Source: Candidatus Hydrogenedentota bacterium | Lineage (GTDB): Bacteria; Hydrogenedentota; Hydrogenedentia; Hydrogenedentales; JAEUWI01 | Reading direction: 5' to 3' | Length of the DNA stretch: 64,000 bases | NCBI GenBank assembly: GCA_034669905.1 | Contig: JAXMOL010000020.1 | Location: 32,001 to 96,000, forward strand | Shown: in pieces, positions 36,532 to 46,449 of the stretch | Numbering within the stretch: the first letter of the stretch is position 1 | Layout: the number at the start of each line of letters is the position of its first letter | Position numbers and translations under genes: made by a program | The notes under the pieces: generated by a model | What the model saw: only the letters and a program-made list of their open reading frames with translations | The model's database searches: none | Told to the model about the DNA's origin: nothing

Positions 36532-38151
36532 CTACTTCCTTGTAGCCAGTGAACGCCCCAGCCGCTCCAGGGATTCGGAGTGGTCAAGCGGGTCCAGGTG
36601 GACATTGATCAGTGAAAAGGCACCCTTGTACTGCTGTGCGTGACCGAAGGCGTCCACGAATTCCTGTTCCGTCCGCACCTCGCAACCCCATCCGGCATCC
36701 AGCAGGGTCGGCATTTGATGATAGGCCCAGTTGTGGATGTCGTTAAAGGGCCCTTCGATGATGAAGCGCTCGGTCGTGTATCCTTTGTTGTTCAGTACGA
36801 CCACGATGGGGTTGAGCCCTTGTCGCACAATACTGGAGAGTTCCTGGCCGGTCATCTGAAAGGCTCCGTCGCCGACGAAGACCAGGGGGCGCCGTCTGGG
36901 TGCAGCCAGCTGCGCGCCCAGCGCGGCGGGCACCGCAAAACCCATGGACGTGTAGTAAGCTGGACTCAGGAATTCCGTCTGGGCCCGTATGGTGAGATCC
37001 GTCGCACCGAAGAGACTGTCGCCAATGTCACAGATGACCATGTGTTGTCGCGTGAGCTGGGTATCCACATACGAAAACAGGCGGCGTACGGTCAACGGCT
37101 TGTGACGGGCCCGGAAGCTCCCGGTCTTGGTAGAAGCCCCCCGGGACACCTTGCGCCGCGTTGCCGGGAGCGCCTTGGTAAGTTCGGCGATAAAATCGAC
37201 GAGGAGTACCTGCTCATAGTGGTGGTGTTTGATAGATAGGCGCTCCGAGTTTACGTTAATGGTCCGCGAAACATCGAGCTTGGCCGTATTGATGCCCAGG
37301 TTGATATCGGTCATAAAAGCCCCGAGTATGACGAGGCAATCGGACTGCTCCACCCGTTTGCGGACGGCGTCCCGGCCCATGGCCCCTTCATAGATTCCGA
37401 GATACTGGGGGTGATCCTCGCGGACGATCGATTTGCCCAGGATGGTGGCGGCCACGGGATAGCCACTGTGTTCGACCAGTTTCAAGAAGGGTTTCTGAAG
37501 GCCAAATCGATGAATCTCCACGCCACCCAGCAGCACGGGGCGTCTGGCCTTGCGGAGGAGGGTGCAGGCTTCGTCCAGCGCTTCCTGAAGTACGTCGGGC
37601 GACGAGGTCGGACCTTTTGTGACTCTCTTTTTCGGGAGGGCGCAGGGGGCGGCCGCCATGCCACGGGGCAGCTCGATATAGACCGGGCGTTTTCGACGAA
37701 GACATAGGGCAATGATATCGTCTATTTCGCGGGGGGCCGTGGCGGGATCTTCCAACGCGATTGCGGCGGCCGTTACTTTCTCGAAAATCTGGAGCTGGGT
37801 CATGTGATCGCGCACCTGGTGGTGTAGCAGGGGAGATCGTTGACGCTCCTCCAGCCCCGGTGCCCCACAAACCACGATCAGGGGGGACTTCTCAGCATAG
37901 GCGCCGGCCACCGCATTTAGGGCATTGAAGCCTCCGACACAATAGGTGACACAGAGTGCCCCAACGCCGTTGACCCGCGCGTAGGCGTCCGCCGCGAATC
38001 CGGCGCCGAGTTCCGTACTGGTGCCCACGTGTTCCAGGGGACTTGCTATCAACTGGGTGTAAAAGTCCAGGATGTAGTCGCCGGGAATCCCAAAGACATG
38101 CTTGACCCCTGCCCGCTCCAATTGTCGTAACAAATACGTGCCTACGTTCAT
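36532..38151 (-). CDS. TPP-dependent 2-oxo-acid decarboxylase (pyruvate/indolepyruvate decarboxylase family)
   Basis: FGIPGDY, GFAADAYAR, GAYAE, LLHH, GDGAFQMT..NNKGYTTER; AAGGAG RBS before 38151. Confidence 0.92.
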   Translation of the reverse strand: MNVGTYLLRQLERAGVKHVFGIPGDYILDFYTQLIASPLEHVGTSTELGAGFAADAYARVNGVGALCVTYCVGGFNALNAVAGAYAEKSPLIVVCGAPGLEERQRSPLLHHQVRDHMTQLQIFEKVTAAAIALEDPATAPREIDDIIALCLRRKRPVYIELPRGMAAAPCALPKKRVTKGPTSSPDVLQEALDEACTLLRKARRPVLLGGVEIHRFGLQKPFLKLVEHSGYPVAATILGKSIVREDHPQYLGIYEGAMGRDAVRKRVEQSDCLVILGAFMTDINLGINTAKLDVSRTINVNSERLSIKHHHYEQVLLVDFIAELTKALPATRRKVSRGASTKTGSFRARHKPLTVRRLFSYVDTQLTRQHMVICDIGDSLFGATDLTIRAQTEFLSPAYYTSMGFAVPAALGAQLAAPRRRPLVFVGDGAFQMTGQELSSIVRQGLNPIVVVLNNKGYTTERFIIEGPFNDIHNWAYHQMPTLLDAGWGCEVRTEQEFVDAFGHAQQYKGAFSLINVHLDPLDHSESLERLGRSLATRK

Positions 38152-38395
38152 CGTCAACTCCTTCTCCGGTTCGGGTGGAACGCCACTCGAGACCGTTTTG
38201 GACTCGTTTTCCGATTGCGTGTTTTGCACGGCATCTGCCGCTGGATGAACCGCTTGTCCACCCCTTTCATGGTACCAGACGGGCGGGCCGACGAATAGTC
38301 ACCCGGCCTTCCAGGGCCTGTGCTAATCTAAGGGAAGATGGCAACTCTCGGGAGCTCACGATGATGGGGCCCCGGTTTAGCAGAAGGAACAGGCT

Positions 38396-39181
38396 ATGAA
38401 AATCGAATCGAACGGCCGGTCGCTTGTTGGCCCGGAGATTGAAGGCTCCGCCGGAGATGACCGGCTACAGGGCATACTACTGTCCCGCAAGGAGGCGCTG
38501 GCGGTCTTGGCGGGTGTGGGCACGACGCTTGTCGGCTTTTCACCGCCGACCTCGGCAGAAGACGGCGTGGCTTCTGCCCCGTGCGTTGTCCTCCCTGAGA
38601 TGACGGAGGGGCCCTTTTATGTCAATAGCGGACTTGAACGCTCAGATATTCGGGCGTCGCGCCCTGGAGGTGAGCCGGTGCCAGGTGCATTACTGGCACT
38701 CGCTTTTCGGGTCTTCGAACTGCAGGGTGGGGGATGCGTCCCGCTGCCGGGCGCGGTGGTGGACATCTGGCACTGTGACGCGGCCGGCCGCTACTCGGGC
38801 GTTCGCGACCGCTCGGGGAGCACAGTGTCCGAATCTTTTTTGCGGGGCTTCCAGGTTACCGACGAAGGGGGGCGCGCTCGATTCACAACAATCTATCCCG
38901 GTTGGTACCGTGGCCGTGCCGTGCACATTCACGTTAAGATTCGGTCGGCCGTGAGTGCGGCGAAGGGATATGAATTCGCCTCGCAGCTATTCTTCGATGA
39001 CGAACTGTCGGACCGAGTACAGGGTGTTCCGCCGTATACGGAAAATGGGGTGCGGGACAAGCGCAATGTTCAGGACAGCATTTTCCGCGCGGGGGGTGAC
39101 CAGTTGACCCTGGACGTCACGGAGAAGGCGGGGGGATACAGTGCGGTGCTGGATATTGCTATCGATGTGGGGCGCCCATAA
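38396..39181 (+). CDS. Intradiol ring-cleavage dioxygenase family protein
   Basis: EGPFY, DIWHCDAAGRY, LRGFQVTD, TIYPGWY.GRAVHIHVK (Fe ligands); Tat-like leader SRKEAL. Confidence 0.88.
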   Translation: MKIESNGRSLVGPEIEGSAGDDRLQGILLSRKEALAVLAGVGTTLVGFSPPTSAEDGVASAPCVVLPEMTEGPFYVNSGLERSDIRASRPGGEPVPGALLALAFRVFELQGGGCVPLPGAVVDIWHCDAAGRYSGVRDRSGSTVSESFLRGFQVTDEGGRARFTTIYPGWYRGRAVHIHVKIRSAVSAAKGYEFASQLFFDDELSDRVQGVPPYTENGVRDKRNVQDSIFRAGGDQLTLDVTEKAGGYSAVLDIAIDVGRP

Positions 39182-39241
39182 AAAATTCCCCAGCGCGTGT
39201 GCTTGCCTTCCGTGGCGCACGTGCCCTGGGGAAAGAAGTTG

Positions 39242-40627
39242 CTAGCCGATGGGACGGGGAGCCGTCCGCAGGGCGATGTTCTGCATTTCAAGCCCTTTGA
39301 CCTCGTGATAGATATCGGAGAGCCGATCTCGTGCCCGCTCATCGTAGAGGGTCGTTCGCAAATGCTCTAGGACGGGGAGTACCGTTTCAAGGGGGAGTGT
39401 CTTCAGCAGTTCGACGCCTAATTCACTGGGGCGACGGGAGCCTTTGCCTTCTGCGGTAGCCAACTTGATGGCCATCAGGAGTGCCCCATGCCTATCCGGG
39501 TGGCTGAGCAGGGCGCGATACGCACTTTCCACTTCATCGGGGCGGGATCCACAACAAAGATCGCGTATAACTTGTTGGTGGGTCAGCAGATCTTCTGAAG
39601 CGGGATTCCCATTCAGGGTGCGGATCGCCAGGGAGGAATCGATGTAGTACAGGGGGGAATAAGGCGCGGATTTTATCTCTTCCAGTAGGGGCACGGCTTC
39701 TTTCCAGTCATGTTGAATCGCGGCCCGTATGCTGGCGATGTAGAAGGGTTTCTCGGAACTCTCGATGGAAAGGTTGTCCAGGTAGGCCTGTTTCGCAAGG
39801 GGACTGAAGGTGCTGGACAATGCCGCGCGCGCTCTCACTTTCGTATCTGGGGATTCATAGAGTCGCAAAAGGGCGTCAATACTTTTCTCGCTGTTTACCA
39901 TGCCCAGGGCGTGAATGGCGAAGTCAACGGAGTCCAGTTGGGGGTTGTGGACTTCCCGAAGAAGAATCGGGAGCGCCCTGTCACCAAATACGTTTGCGAG
40001 ATTCCGTATCGCGATGCCACGGTCCCGTCGGCTTGTTGCGTGCTCAATACTCTCCACCAAGAGGTTGAAGCGCTCCTCGCCCCCTTCCAGTTTCATCGTG
40101 GTCCGGAGGTGATCCTGCTGGCCCATTTCCATGTGGCCATACCAATGGAATCCTTCCCCAACCCCCATATAGACGGGGCGCATTAAGTCCTCAGGGTCCG
40201 ATGTATCCCACATAATGGTACTGACGGGGGGGGGCGGTAGATTTCCGGTGGGTACTAAGACAATATCCGCAAACTCCCAATCGCCGCGGGACGTAAAGTC
40301 TCGCTGGCCCCGGGTTTTGTCCCGTTGAAGCAAGATGCGAAATCCCCGCTGATCCGCGACAGGTACGACGGCGGTGCCATCACAGTGGACGACATTCGAT
40401 GCGAATACAATGTTGCTCACCTGTTTTGCCAGGGGGTAAATCTGGGACCGGGTATCAACCTCTCCGTAGGGCCCTGCGGCGTTTTCGATCGGGGGGGTGC
40501 CCAGAGAAAGGGCCGACTGCAATGATTCGGGAATGCCGTACAGGGCGATGGTCGTTGTGGCGGTCATGGCGAGCAGTACGAGAACCGTCTCTCCCAGGCT
40601 GGGTGCTCTTTTGTCGCTGTGAGTCAT
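39242..40627 (-). CDS. Hypothetical protein with HEAT-like repeats and N-terminal hydrophobic segment
   Basis: AIRNLANVFGDRALPILL, AIHALGMV.SEKSIDALL, KEAVPLLE; GGAGG RBS before 40627. Confidence 0.6.
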   Translation of the reverse strand: MTHSDKRAPSLGETVLVLLAMTATTTIALYGIPESLQSALSLGTPPIENAAGPYGEVDTRSQIYPLAKQVSNIVFASNVVHCDGTAVVPVADQRGFRILLQRDKTRGQRDFTSRGDWEFADIVLVPTGNLPPPPVSTIMWDTSDPEDLMRPVYMGVGEGFHWYGHMEMGQQDHLRTTMKLEGGEERFNLLVESIEHATSRRDRGIAIRNLANVFGDRALPILLREVHNPQLDSVDFAIHALGMVNSEKSIDALLRLYESPDTKVRARAALSSTFSPLAKQAYLDNLSIESSEKPFYIASIRAAIQHDWKEAVPLLEEIKSAPYSPLYYIDSSLAIRTLNGNPASEDLLTHQQVIRDLCCGSRPDEVESAYRALLSHPDRHGALLMAIKLATAEGKGSRRPSELGVELLKTLPLETVLPVLEHLRTTLYDERARDRLSDIYHEVKGLEMQNIALRTAPRPIG

Positions 40628-41089
40628 AAGGGTCCTCCGCATCATGTCGTTGGTGACGCATGACATCTTGCATTAAAATTTTACCCCCGGATCGGAATGC
40701 TGTCCACGGGCCCTGCCGTCTATACCGTGTCATAGCGATAGAAAAGGGCCGGATTAGGGAGAAGGGCTGGAAGGACGTAATAGTTTCGTTATATATGGTG
40801 AGAGGGAGGAGACTGGGCTTGCCCAATAGGTCCGGAAGGTGCCGGGTGCTCAGCGACGGCGGCGATGCCTTTTGTTTGAGGGGGGCTATTGGCGCATCGA
40901 TAGTATCGGAGGTCGATGCGAATTCTCCGTTACGAAAGGTAGCGTATTTTCTCTTGAACCCGAATTTGCTTGAGGTGTGACGATTGTATGACAAGACATG
41001 AAGAATTCACGATGCGGGCCATATGTGCCACCGAAAAGTCGAAAATGTCGGGTTCTGGCGGCTTGCAGGAAGGGGGGTAACGGGAGCAC

Positions 41090-41120
41090 GATCGGCCTCC
41101 CCCTGGCTGGGAGGCCGATC
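41090..41120 (-). terminator. GC hairpin downstream of PL26-like gene
   Basis: GATCGGCCTCCC-7nt-GGGAGGCCGATC perfect 12-bp stem. Confidence 0.55.
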
Positions 41121-41133
41121 GGTAGGCGCAGGC

Positions 41134-43668
41134 CTACGGGGTTTCCGATGTCAGTTGTGCGACCCAGGGGAAGGCGTAGGGGAAGTTGTAGAGGGTGATT
41201 GAGTTGCTGTTGGTTTGAAAGGAGTTGGTCCCGTGCATCGCAACATGGCGGGGACGTTCCAGGGGGCCGTCGCCACCGACTACAACCATTTCCTGGGCGG
41301 GATTCTCCAGGGCCATTCGAACAGTCTCCAGGTAGCGCGGATCTTTCGTATGCCGATAGGCGAAGGCGGCCACGTGGAGGTGGGTGTGGGCACCCTGCGG
41401 GCCCGTGCCGAAATGGAGTTGGCGTTCTTTGGCGAACTCTTCCGTTTCGAGGAGAAGGGTCGCCCACTTCAATACCCGCTCCGTAATGACAGGATTGTTC
41501 GTCAGGTTGCTGGTTTCCATGAGCACGCGCAGGGGGCCGAAGAAGGTGAGGAAATAGTCGGCGAGCATCGGGGTGCCGTCGGCTACGCTTCCTTCGCCGG
41601 TGGCCAGGTCGAGGGAAAACTGGGCAGGGAAACCGTAGCCCCCGATGGGATTCGAGCAGAAGGTCTCGGCAACCCGTTGCAGCTGTTCACCGTAGGCAGG
41701 GTCCCCCGTGCTTTCCCACAGGTAAAGCAGGGCCGTGGCGCCCACGGCGAAATCCATGGCGGGGTAAGTCACGGGGCCTGCCCCCTTGGGAAGTTGCTCA
41801 TAACTGAAACGGATCCGGTCGGCCGTGTGCTCATCGCCGGAGAGGAAGTGGTAGATTCGCTTGTTCTGCGCGATGGTCATGCGGCGCTCACGGTTGGTGC
41901 CGCCCCAGTGATTCACATTGTGTCGCATACCCCGGCCCGCCAGGGGACCGAGTTGAAACATGTCCACATCCTGCACGTGGCGGGTCATGGCTTCGACAAA
42001 GCGATAGCACCGCTCGTCGCCGGTAGCGAGGTAGGCCATCCAGTAGGAGTCGCTGATTTGTCCTTCATTGTTCAGCCAGGCGTAGCCCCCTTCGTCGAAG
42101 CGCCAGAGATCCTTCGCGGCATTGAAACTGTGCATGACATCGCCATAGTCGATGAAGGAGTACCAGCGGTTCCGTTCCTGCTCATCGATATGGAGGTTCA
42201 TGGCCGTCTTGAAATATTCCACACCGGGGCCTGTTTCCGGCATGGCGCTAAAATGGCCGAATACACCGCTGGCCCCCATCCACGCCGGGCTGGACCGCAA
42301 CAATGGTTGACGCTGGAAGAGGAGTGCCTGCGCGGCGCTCCGAGTGAGGGGAGCGTTGGGTGCACCGAAATCCAGCAGGACTTCGGAGGATTTCGATATG
42401 CCGGTGGCATTGGAGATGTCGTGGTTAAATGGCGAGGCGGGTTTTCCGGCGGGCCCTGCACCCGCCTCGTAGAGGGCGTGATACCCCCAGTCGGAGTAGC
42501 GGCGGAGGTCAAGGGCATCGGCGTGGGGGGAATAGAACCAGGCCGTCAGGCTTCGGTCCACGGCGTCTATTTCGATGGCCTTGGGATATTCCTGCCAGAA
42601 GTTGCGCACCGCCGCGCTGATATAGCCCGACGCAGTTTCAAGTCGGCCCCAGCCCTGGGAGCGGGTGCCTGCCGTTGCGCGCAGCAGGGAATTGGTTTCG
42701 GGGTTGATGACCTTCTTGATGGTATAGGCATCGGCACTGTGCTGGGTGAGGAGTCCCCGGCGCCAGGCAGGCAGGGAGGGGTCGACCACATAGGTGGTGG
42801 GGAAACCGGTTCCCCGTTCTTCCGCAAGGGTGTATCCTACGACGCTTTCCGGTGTGGCGGTCAGGCGAAGGCCAATGCCCCGGATGAAATCGTGTCGGGC
42901 GTCGCCGTCGAAGATGAAGGTGTGGTAGAGCCGAATGCGCGTGTCATTCTTGTAAGCGTAAAGACGGACCGTGTAGGGCGCGAAGGTGCTACCGTCTTCG
43001 GACTGATGTACGCCGTCGAGTCGGATGACGGCCACGGTGGGGCTGGCTTCTTCCAACGTGGCGGAAAACTGGTGGGTGTCGTGATTGGCGTTGAAGGTCA
43101 TGGGCGTGGTGGCCTCGCCCGATTTCCGGTCGAGGTGGACGACCAGCTCCGCGCTCTCACGGCCGGAAAGCATGTTGACCCACGTATCGTCGATGCGCAC
43201 AGACAGGTCGGTGAGGAGATTGGCCTCGGTGCGGCCCACGGTAAAGCGGAGGGCACCGGTGTCGACGTGAATCGCCGAGTCGTCCTGATGGGCGAAGCCC
43301 GTCTGAGGAAGCGCCGCGTCCGTCGTATTTTCGAGGGTGAACTGGCGGGTGCCCATGGCCGCGATGTCGGGCTGCATACGGACCAACACCCATTTGACGC
43401 TGCCATCGGGCCAGAAGGCGGTCACCTTGACTTCAGCGTCCACCGGCGTACCGGAGTCGTCGGATACCGAGAAGGCGTCCTCGGGCTGGGCATGGCCCCG
43501 GGGGAGGGGAATGCCCCCCTGTAGGAAGAAATGGTTCTGGTCGACGTCGATAAAGTTTTCGACGGTGAAGGGTACGGGCGGAGATGCCGCGTGGGCTCCC
43601 GTGCTTAAGCCGATCAGGAAGCTAAGCACGGCGCATAGGATTTGGGAACGAATTTGGGGATTCTTCAA
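41134..43668 (-). CDS. Exported exo-rhamnogalacturonan lyase-like protein (YetA/PcRGLX, PL26-like)
   Basis: GGIPLPRG..WPDGSVKW; RNFWQEYPK; WYSFIDYGDVMH..WRFDEGGYAWLNNE; AMTRH..DVD; RHNVNHWG; TTG start with AAAGGA RBS. Confidence 0.75.
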   Translation of the reverse strand: MKNPQIRSQILCAVLSFLIGLSTGAHAASPPVPFTVENFIDVDQNHFFLQGGIPLPRGHAQPEDAFSVSDDSGTPVDAEVKVTAFWPDGSVKWVLVRMQPDIAAMGTRQFTLENTTDAALPQTGFAHQDDSAIHVDTGALRFTVGRTEANLLTDLSVRIDDTWVNMLSGRESAELVVHLDRKSGEATTPMTFNANHDTHQFSATLEEASPTVAVIRLDGVHQSEDGSTFAPYTVRLYAYKNDTRIRLYHTFIFDGDARHDFIRGIGLRLTATPESVVGYTLAEERGTGFPTTYVVDPSLPAWRRGLLTQHSADAYTIKKVINPETNSLLRATAGTRSQGWGRLETASGYISAAVRNFWQEYPKAIEIDAVDRSLTAWFYSPHADALDLRRYSDWGYHALYEAGAGPAGKPASPFNHDISNATGISKSSEVLLDFGAPNAPLTRSAAQALLFQRQPLLRSSPAWMGASGVFGHFSAMPETGPGVEYFKTAMNLHIDEQERNRWYSFIDYGDVMHSFNAAKDLWRFDEGGYAWLNNEGQISDSYWMAYLATGDERCYRFVEAMTRHVQDVDMFQLGPLAGRGMRHNVNHWGGTNRERRMTIAQNKRIYHFLSGDEHTADRIRFSYEQLPKGAGPVTYPAMDFAVGATALLYLWESTGDPAYGEQLQRVAETFCSNPIGGYGFPAQFSLDLATGEGSVADGTPMLADYFLTFFGPLRVLMETSNLTNNPVITERVLKWATLLLETEEFAKERQLHFGTGPQGAHTHLHVAAFAYRHTKDPRYLETVRMALENPAQEMVVVGGDGPLERPRHVAMHGTNSFQTNSNSITLYNFPYAFPWVAQLTSETP

Positions 43669-43695
43669 GGTACTACATCCTTTGTTGATAAGGCA

Positions 43696-43772
43696 TTTTG
43701 TGGTCTTTGCGTTTTTTGTGGTTAATTCCTGTGAGGACGTTGTTAACCACGAGAACGCCAAGCGCACAGAGA
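43696..43772. repeat. Long imperfect hairpin of the TAACCACA repeat family
   Basis: TTTTGTGGTCTTTGCGTTTTTTGTGGTTAA ... TTAACCACGAGAACGCCAAGCGCACAGAGA. Confidence 0.7.
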
Positions 43773-43837
43773 GATAGATTGATTGACGCCAACGGTGAGG
43801 TGCTGACGAGGTGCTCAGGTGTTGTTATTCAGGCCGA

Positions 43838-45811
43838 TCACTTCACCCACACGGGGGAGGACCAGGCCATGGCCACCCGCTTGTGAATCAGTTTGTGCTG
43901 GCGTAATCGGAAGTAGTAAATCGCGCCGGGCTGGCTCTCGGCGTCTTCCCAGGTAGCTTCAAAATCGAGGGCCTTGGGCTCCCAGCGTTGCACCACGGTG
44001 AAGGCCTCCGCACCGGGCTGAAGGCGCAAGAGCTCCACAAAATCGATGGTGTCCGTACCGTGGGCCCGGAGGGCAATGCGGGCGGTGGATTCGTGGGCGG
44101 CCGTTTGTCCCATGGGGGTGTCGTTCACCGTGAAGTCGAGGATGATCTTCGCTCCGGTGGTGGCGTAGGTGTGGCGGTCGTAGAGCCCCTGGAAGATGGC
44201 GTCCCGCGTGAGGTCGGTGGCACGAATGGCGGCCAGCCCATACATGGCGTTGCCGGGCTGGGCCCGATGGTCGTCCGACGATGCGATGGCCGAGACCTGG
44301 AGTCCCATCTGCCACGCGTCCTGGAGGTTTCCTTTGCCCTCGGCGCTCTTGGCGTCAGACGTAAACTTGCTGAACTCGAAGGCCAGGGGGTGGGTGGGGT
44401 CGTAGGATTCACTCAGGCCATGGCCCGAATACATTTCAAAGTTGCGGCGGAATTCCGGGTCGTGGATGGTGAAGTCGACCTTCTGGGGGAACTTGCCCGT
44501 GTGGTGGGGGATGGTGAGGGCATCACCGGCCTGCAGGGCGGCCCAGAGATTGGGTAGCTCCACGGTCTGGGGGTAGAGCAGCGGTCCGGGTTCGTCTCGG
44601 AAATACACATTGTGGTGGCCGAAGGGCGTGCCGAAGCTGCATTCATAGGCGTGGAGCGTGACGAATTCTCCGGGCAGGTTGTAGACGTGGGTGAGGTTGT
44701 TGTACTCCTCCCAGTATTTCTTCGAGAGGCCCCGGGTCCAATTTGCGTCGGGTTCGATAGCGTGATCGGTCATGGCGTAGAAGTCGAGGCCCGCGACGAA
44801 GCGCGCGTAGCCAAAGGCATCGCGACCCACACCGTCCCAACTGTAACTGGTGTGGGAGTGGAGGTCGCCCCAATAGACCGGCCGCTCGGGGAGGGTCTCC
44901 GCCACAATCGTGGGATTGCCCAACAATTCCCGTTCGGCATTCTCCCACGCGGCCGTGATGCGCACTACACCGGCCGCGTTGGGCGTGACTTCAAATTCGG
45001 ACCACGCGTGGTCGCGGTAGATGGTGGTGCTTTCGGGACCCGTTACGCCTTCGGGGTAGCGCAGGGTGAAATTGGCCGGGCCCGCCGTCGGGTTAAACTC
45101 TTTGTCGAGGAGGGCGATGCGGCATTTCATGGGCTGACCGAGCACCGCGTTGGAGGGCGCGTGGAGCTGGGCATAGACCGGCTTTCCTGCGACGGCCTCA
45201 ATCATGGGCGTGTAGCTTTCCATCTCGAAGCGGCTGTCGCCATCGTGGTCCAGGGCAATGAGGATGGGCAAGGCGTAGGCGGAAACGGCCGAGGCCCAAT
45301 AGCCTTTACTGCCCCCCGACGTGTCGCCGTAGACGACCTGGATGGTATCGCCCTCCTGGAGGCTGCCTTCCGCGACGATGACCCGGACCACAAAGACATA
45401 GCGTTCATTGCGGCCGTCCAGGCTTTTTTTCGCGTGCTTGATGAGCTCGTTGTCCCGTTCGTCTTCCACGATGCAGCGGAGGCTCGCTTCGCCCTGGGAG
45501 AGCTTGGCGGTGATGTAATTGTCGTGCTTCGGATCTTTGGTCTGGAGGCGTATCGCCGAGTTGCGAGGGCCCGCGTGCCACTCATCGGGAAGCTGGACGC
45601 GAATCCCACCGCCCGTGGCGATGCCGCCTTTGCCGACGGTGTAGGAAACGGTCCACGTGCCATACTCACCGGATACGCCCCGTTCGGGGGAGACGGTGGA
45701 GGTCCCCAGGTCTACCCAGGCATCGGGGGCCATGACGGGCGTGGGGATGTCTTGGGCCGAGGCGGTGAGGGTCAGACTTAACGTGTATAGGGCAACCATA
45801 AGATGTCGCAT
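43838..45811 (-). CDS. Exported DUF3604/PHP-like metallohydrolase
   Basis: Signal peptide; WGDLHSHT, TDH, GHHNV, IPHH, SSDDH, YATTG, AWSSPVW. Confidence 0.8.
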   Translation of the reverse strand: MRHLMVALYTLSLTLTASAQDIPTPVMAPDAWVDLGTSTVSPERGVSGEYGTWTVSYTVGKGGIATGGGIRVQLPDEWHAGPRNSAIRLQTKDPKHDNYITAKLSQGEASLRCIVEDERDNELIKHAKKSLDGRNERYVFVVRVIVAEGSLQEGDTIQVVYGDTSGGSKGYWASAVSAYALPILIALDHDGDSRFEMESYTPMIEAVAGKPVYAQLHAPSNAVLGQPMKCRIALLDKEFNPTAGPANFTLRYPEGVTGPESTTIYRDHAWSEFEVTPNAAGVVRITAAWENAERELLGNPTIVAETLPERPVYWGDLHSHTSYSWDGVGRDAFGYARFVAGLDFYAMTDHAIEPDANWTRGLSKKYWEEYNNLTHVYNLPGEFVTLHAYECSFGTPFGHHNVYFRDEPGPLLYPQTVELPNLWAALQAGDALTIPHHTGKFPQKVDFTIHDPEFRRNFEMYSGHGLSESYDPTHPLAFEFSKFTSDAKSAEGKGNLQDAWQMGLQVSAIASSDDHRAQPGNAMYGLAAIRATDLTRDAIFQGLYDRHTYATTGAKIILDFTVNDTPMGQTAAHESTARIALRAHGTDTIDFVELLRLQPGAEAFTVVQRWEPKALDFEATWEDAESQPGAIYYFRLRQHKLIHKRVAMAWSSPVWVK

Positions 45812-46001
45812 GGTGGATCCTCTCTGAGCGTTGTTTAGGCTACCCTGAGAATCTACACGACGCCGCGAGTTTTCACAAGCTGGAGGTGATAGGAGTGGAG
45901 GGCGGCTCATGGTGAGACTTGGCCCATGATATTGGGCGGGTTTGTCTTTGATAAGGTGGGCTGGGTTGAGGGGTGTGTTGTGCTCAGGTGGGAGCGGTTC
46001 G

Positions 46002-46435
46002 GCCAGCCCGTGGCTTCTGGGGGACGTTGGGGTGGGACGGCCAGCCCGTGGCTCCTGGGGTGACGTTTGGGTGCCACCCTCAAAGACGGGAGCTCCGCGA
46101 CCGCCTTTGTGGGTGTGATCCAATCCATGGCATCGAAATCTTCTCGGGTGATCGTGGCTTCCCGAAGTCACCCACAAGCTTCTGTGGCTCCGCCACAACG
46201 CTTGAGGGTGGCACCCGTGGGTTTCTTTGGTGACGTTGGGGTGGGAGGGCTAGCCCGTGGCTTCTGGGGGACGTTGGGGTGCCAGCCTCAAAGACGGGAG
46301 CTCCGCGACCGCCTTTGTGGGTGTGGCCCAATCCATGGCATCAAAACCTGCTCGGGTGATCGTGATTTCCCGAAGTCACCCAACGGCCCTGAAACAATCG
46401 TGGCACCCTGACCTTGTGGGAGTCAGGGTGCCACG
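46002..46435. repeat. Composite REP/MITE-like repeat, two copies about 208 bp apart with GGGTGCCACCCTCAA inverted ends
   Basis: CAAAGACGGGAGCTCCGCGACCGCCTTTGTGGGTGTG at 46081 and 46289; TIR pair about 46069/46216; 14-bp perfect hairpin 46399-46435. Confidence 0.85.
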
Positions 46436-46449
46436 GCAAGTGGATTGAC

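Noticed and set aside
41215..43524. 769-aa plus-strand ORF (likewise 6593..8536, 47779..49338, 50310..52262)
   Set aside because: Antisense shadows of well-supported genes with family motifs
45812..46198. N-terminal extension of the DUF3604 ORF
   Set aside because: Runs through the repeat element; a signal peptide begins at the ATG at 45811
46002..46435. Possible CRISPR array
   Set aside because: Repeats are degenerate, spacers are themselves duplicated, spacing is irregular and no cas genes are present
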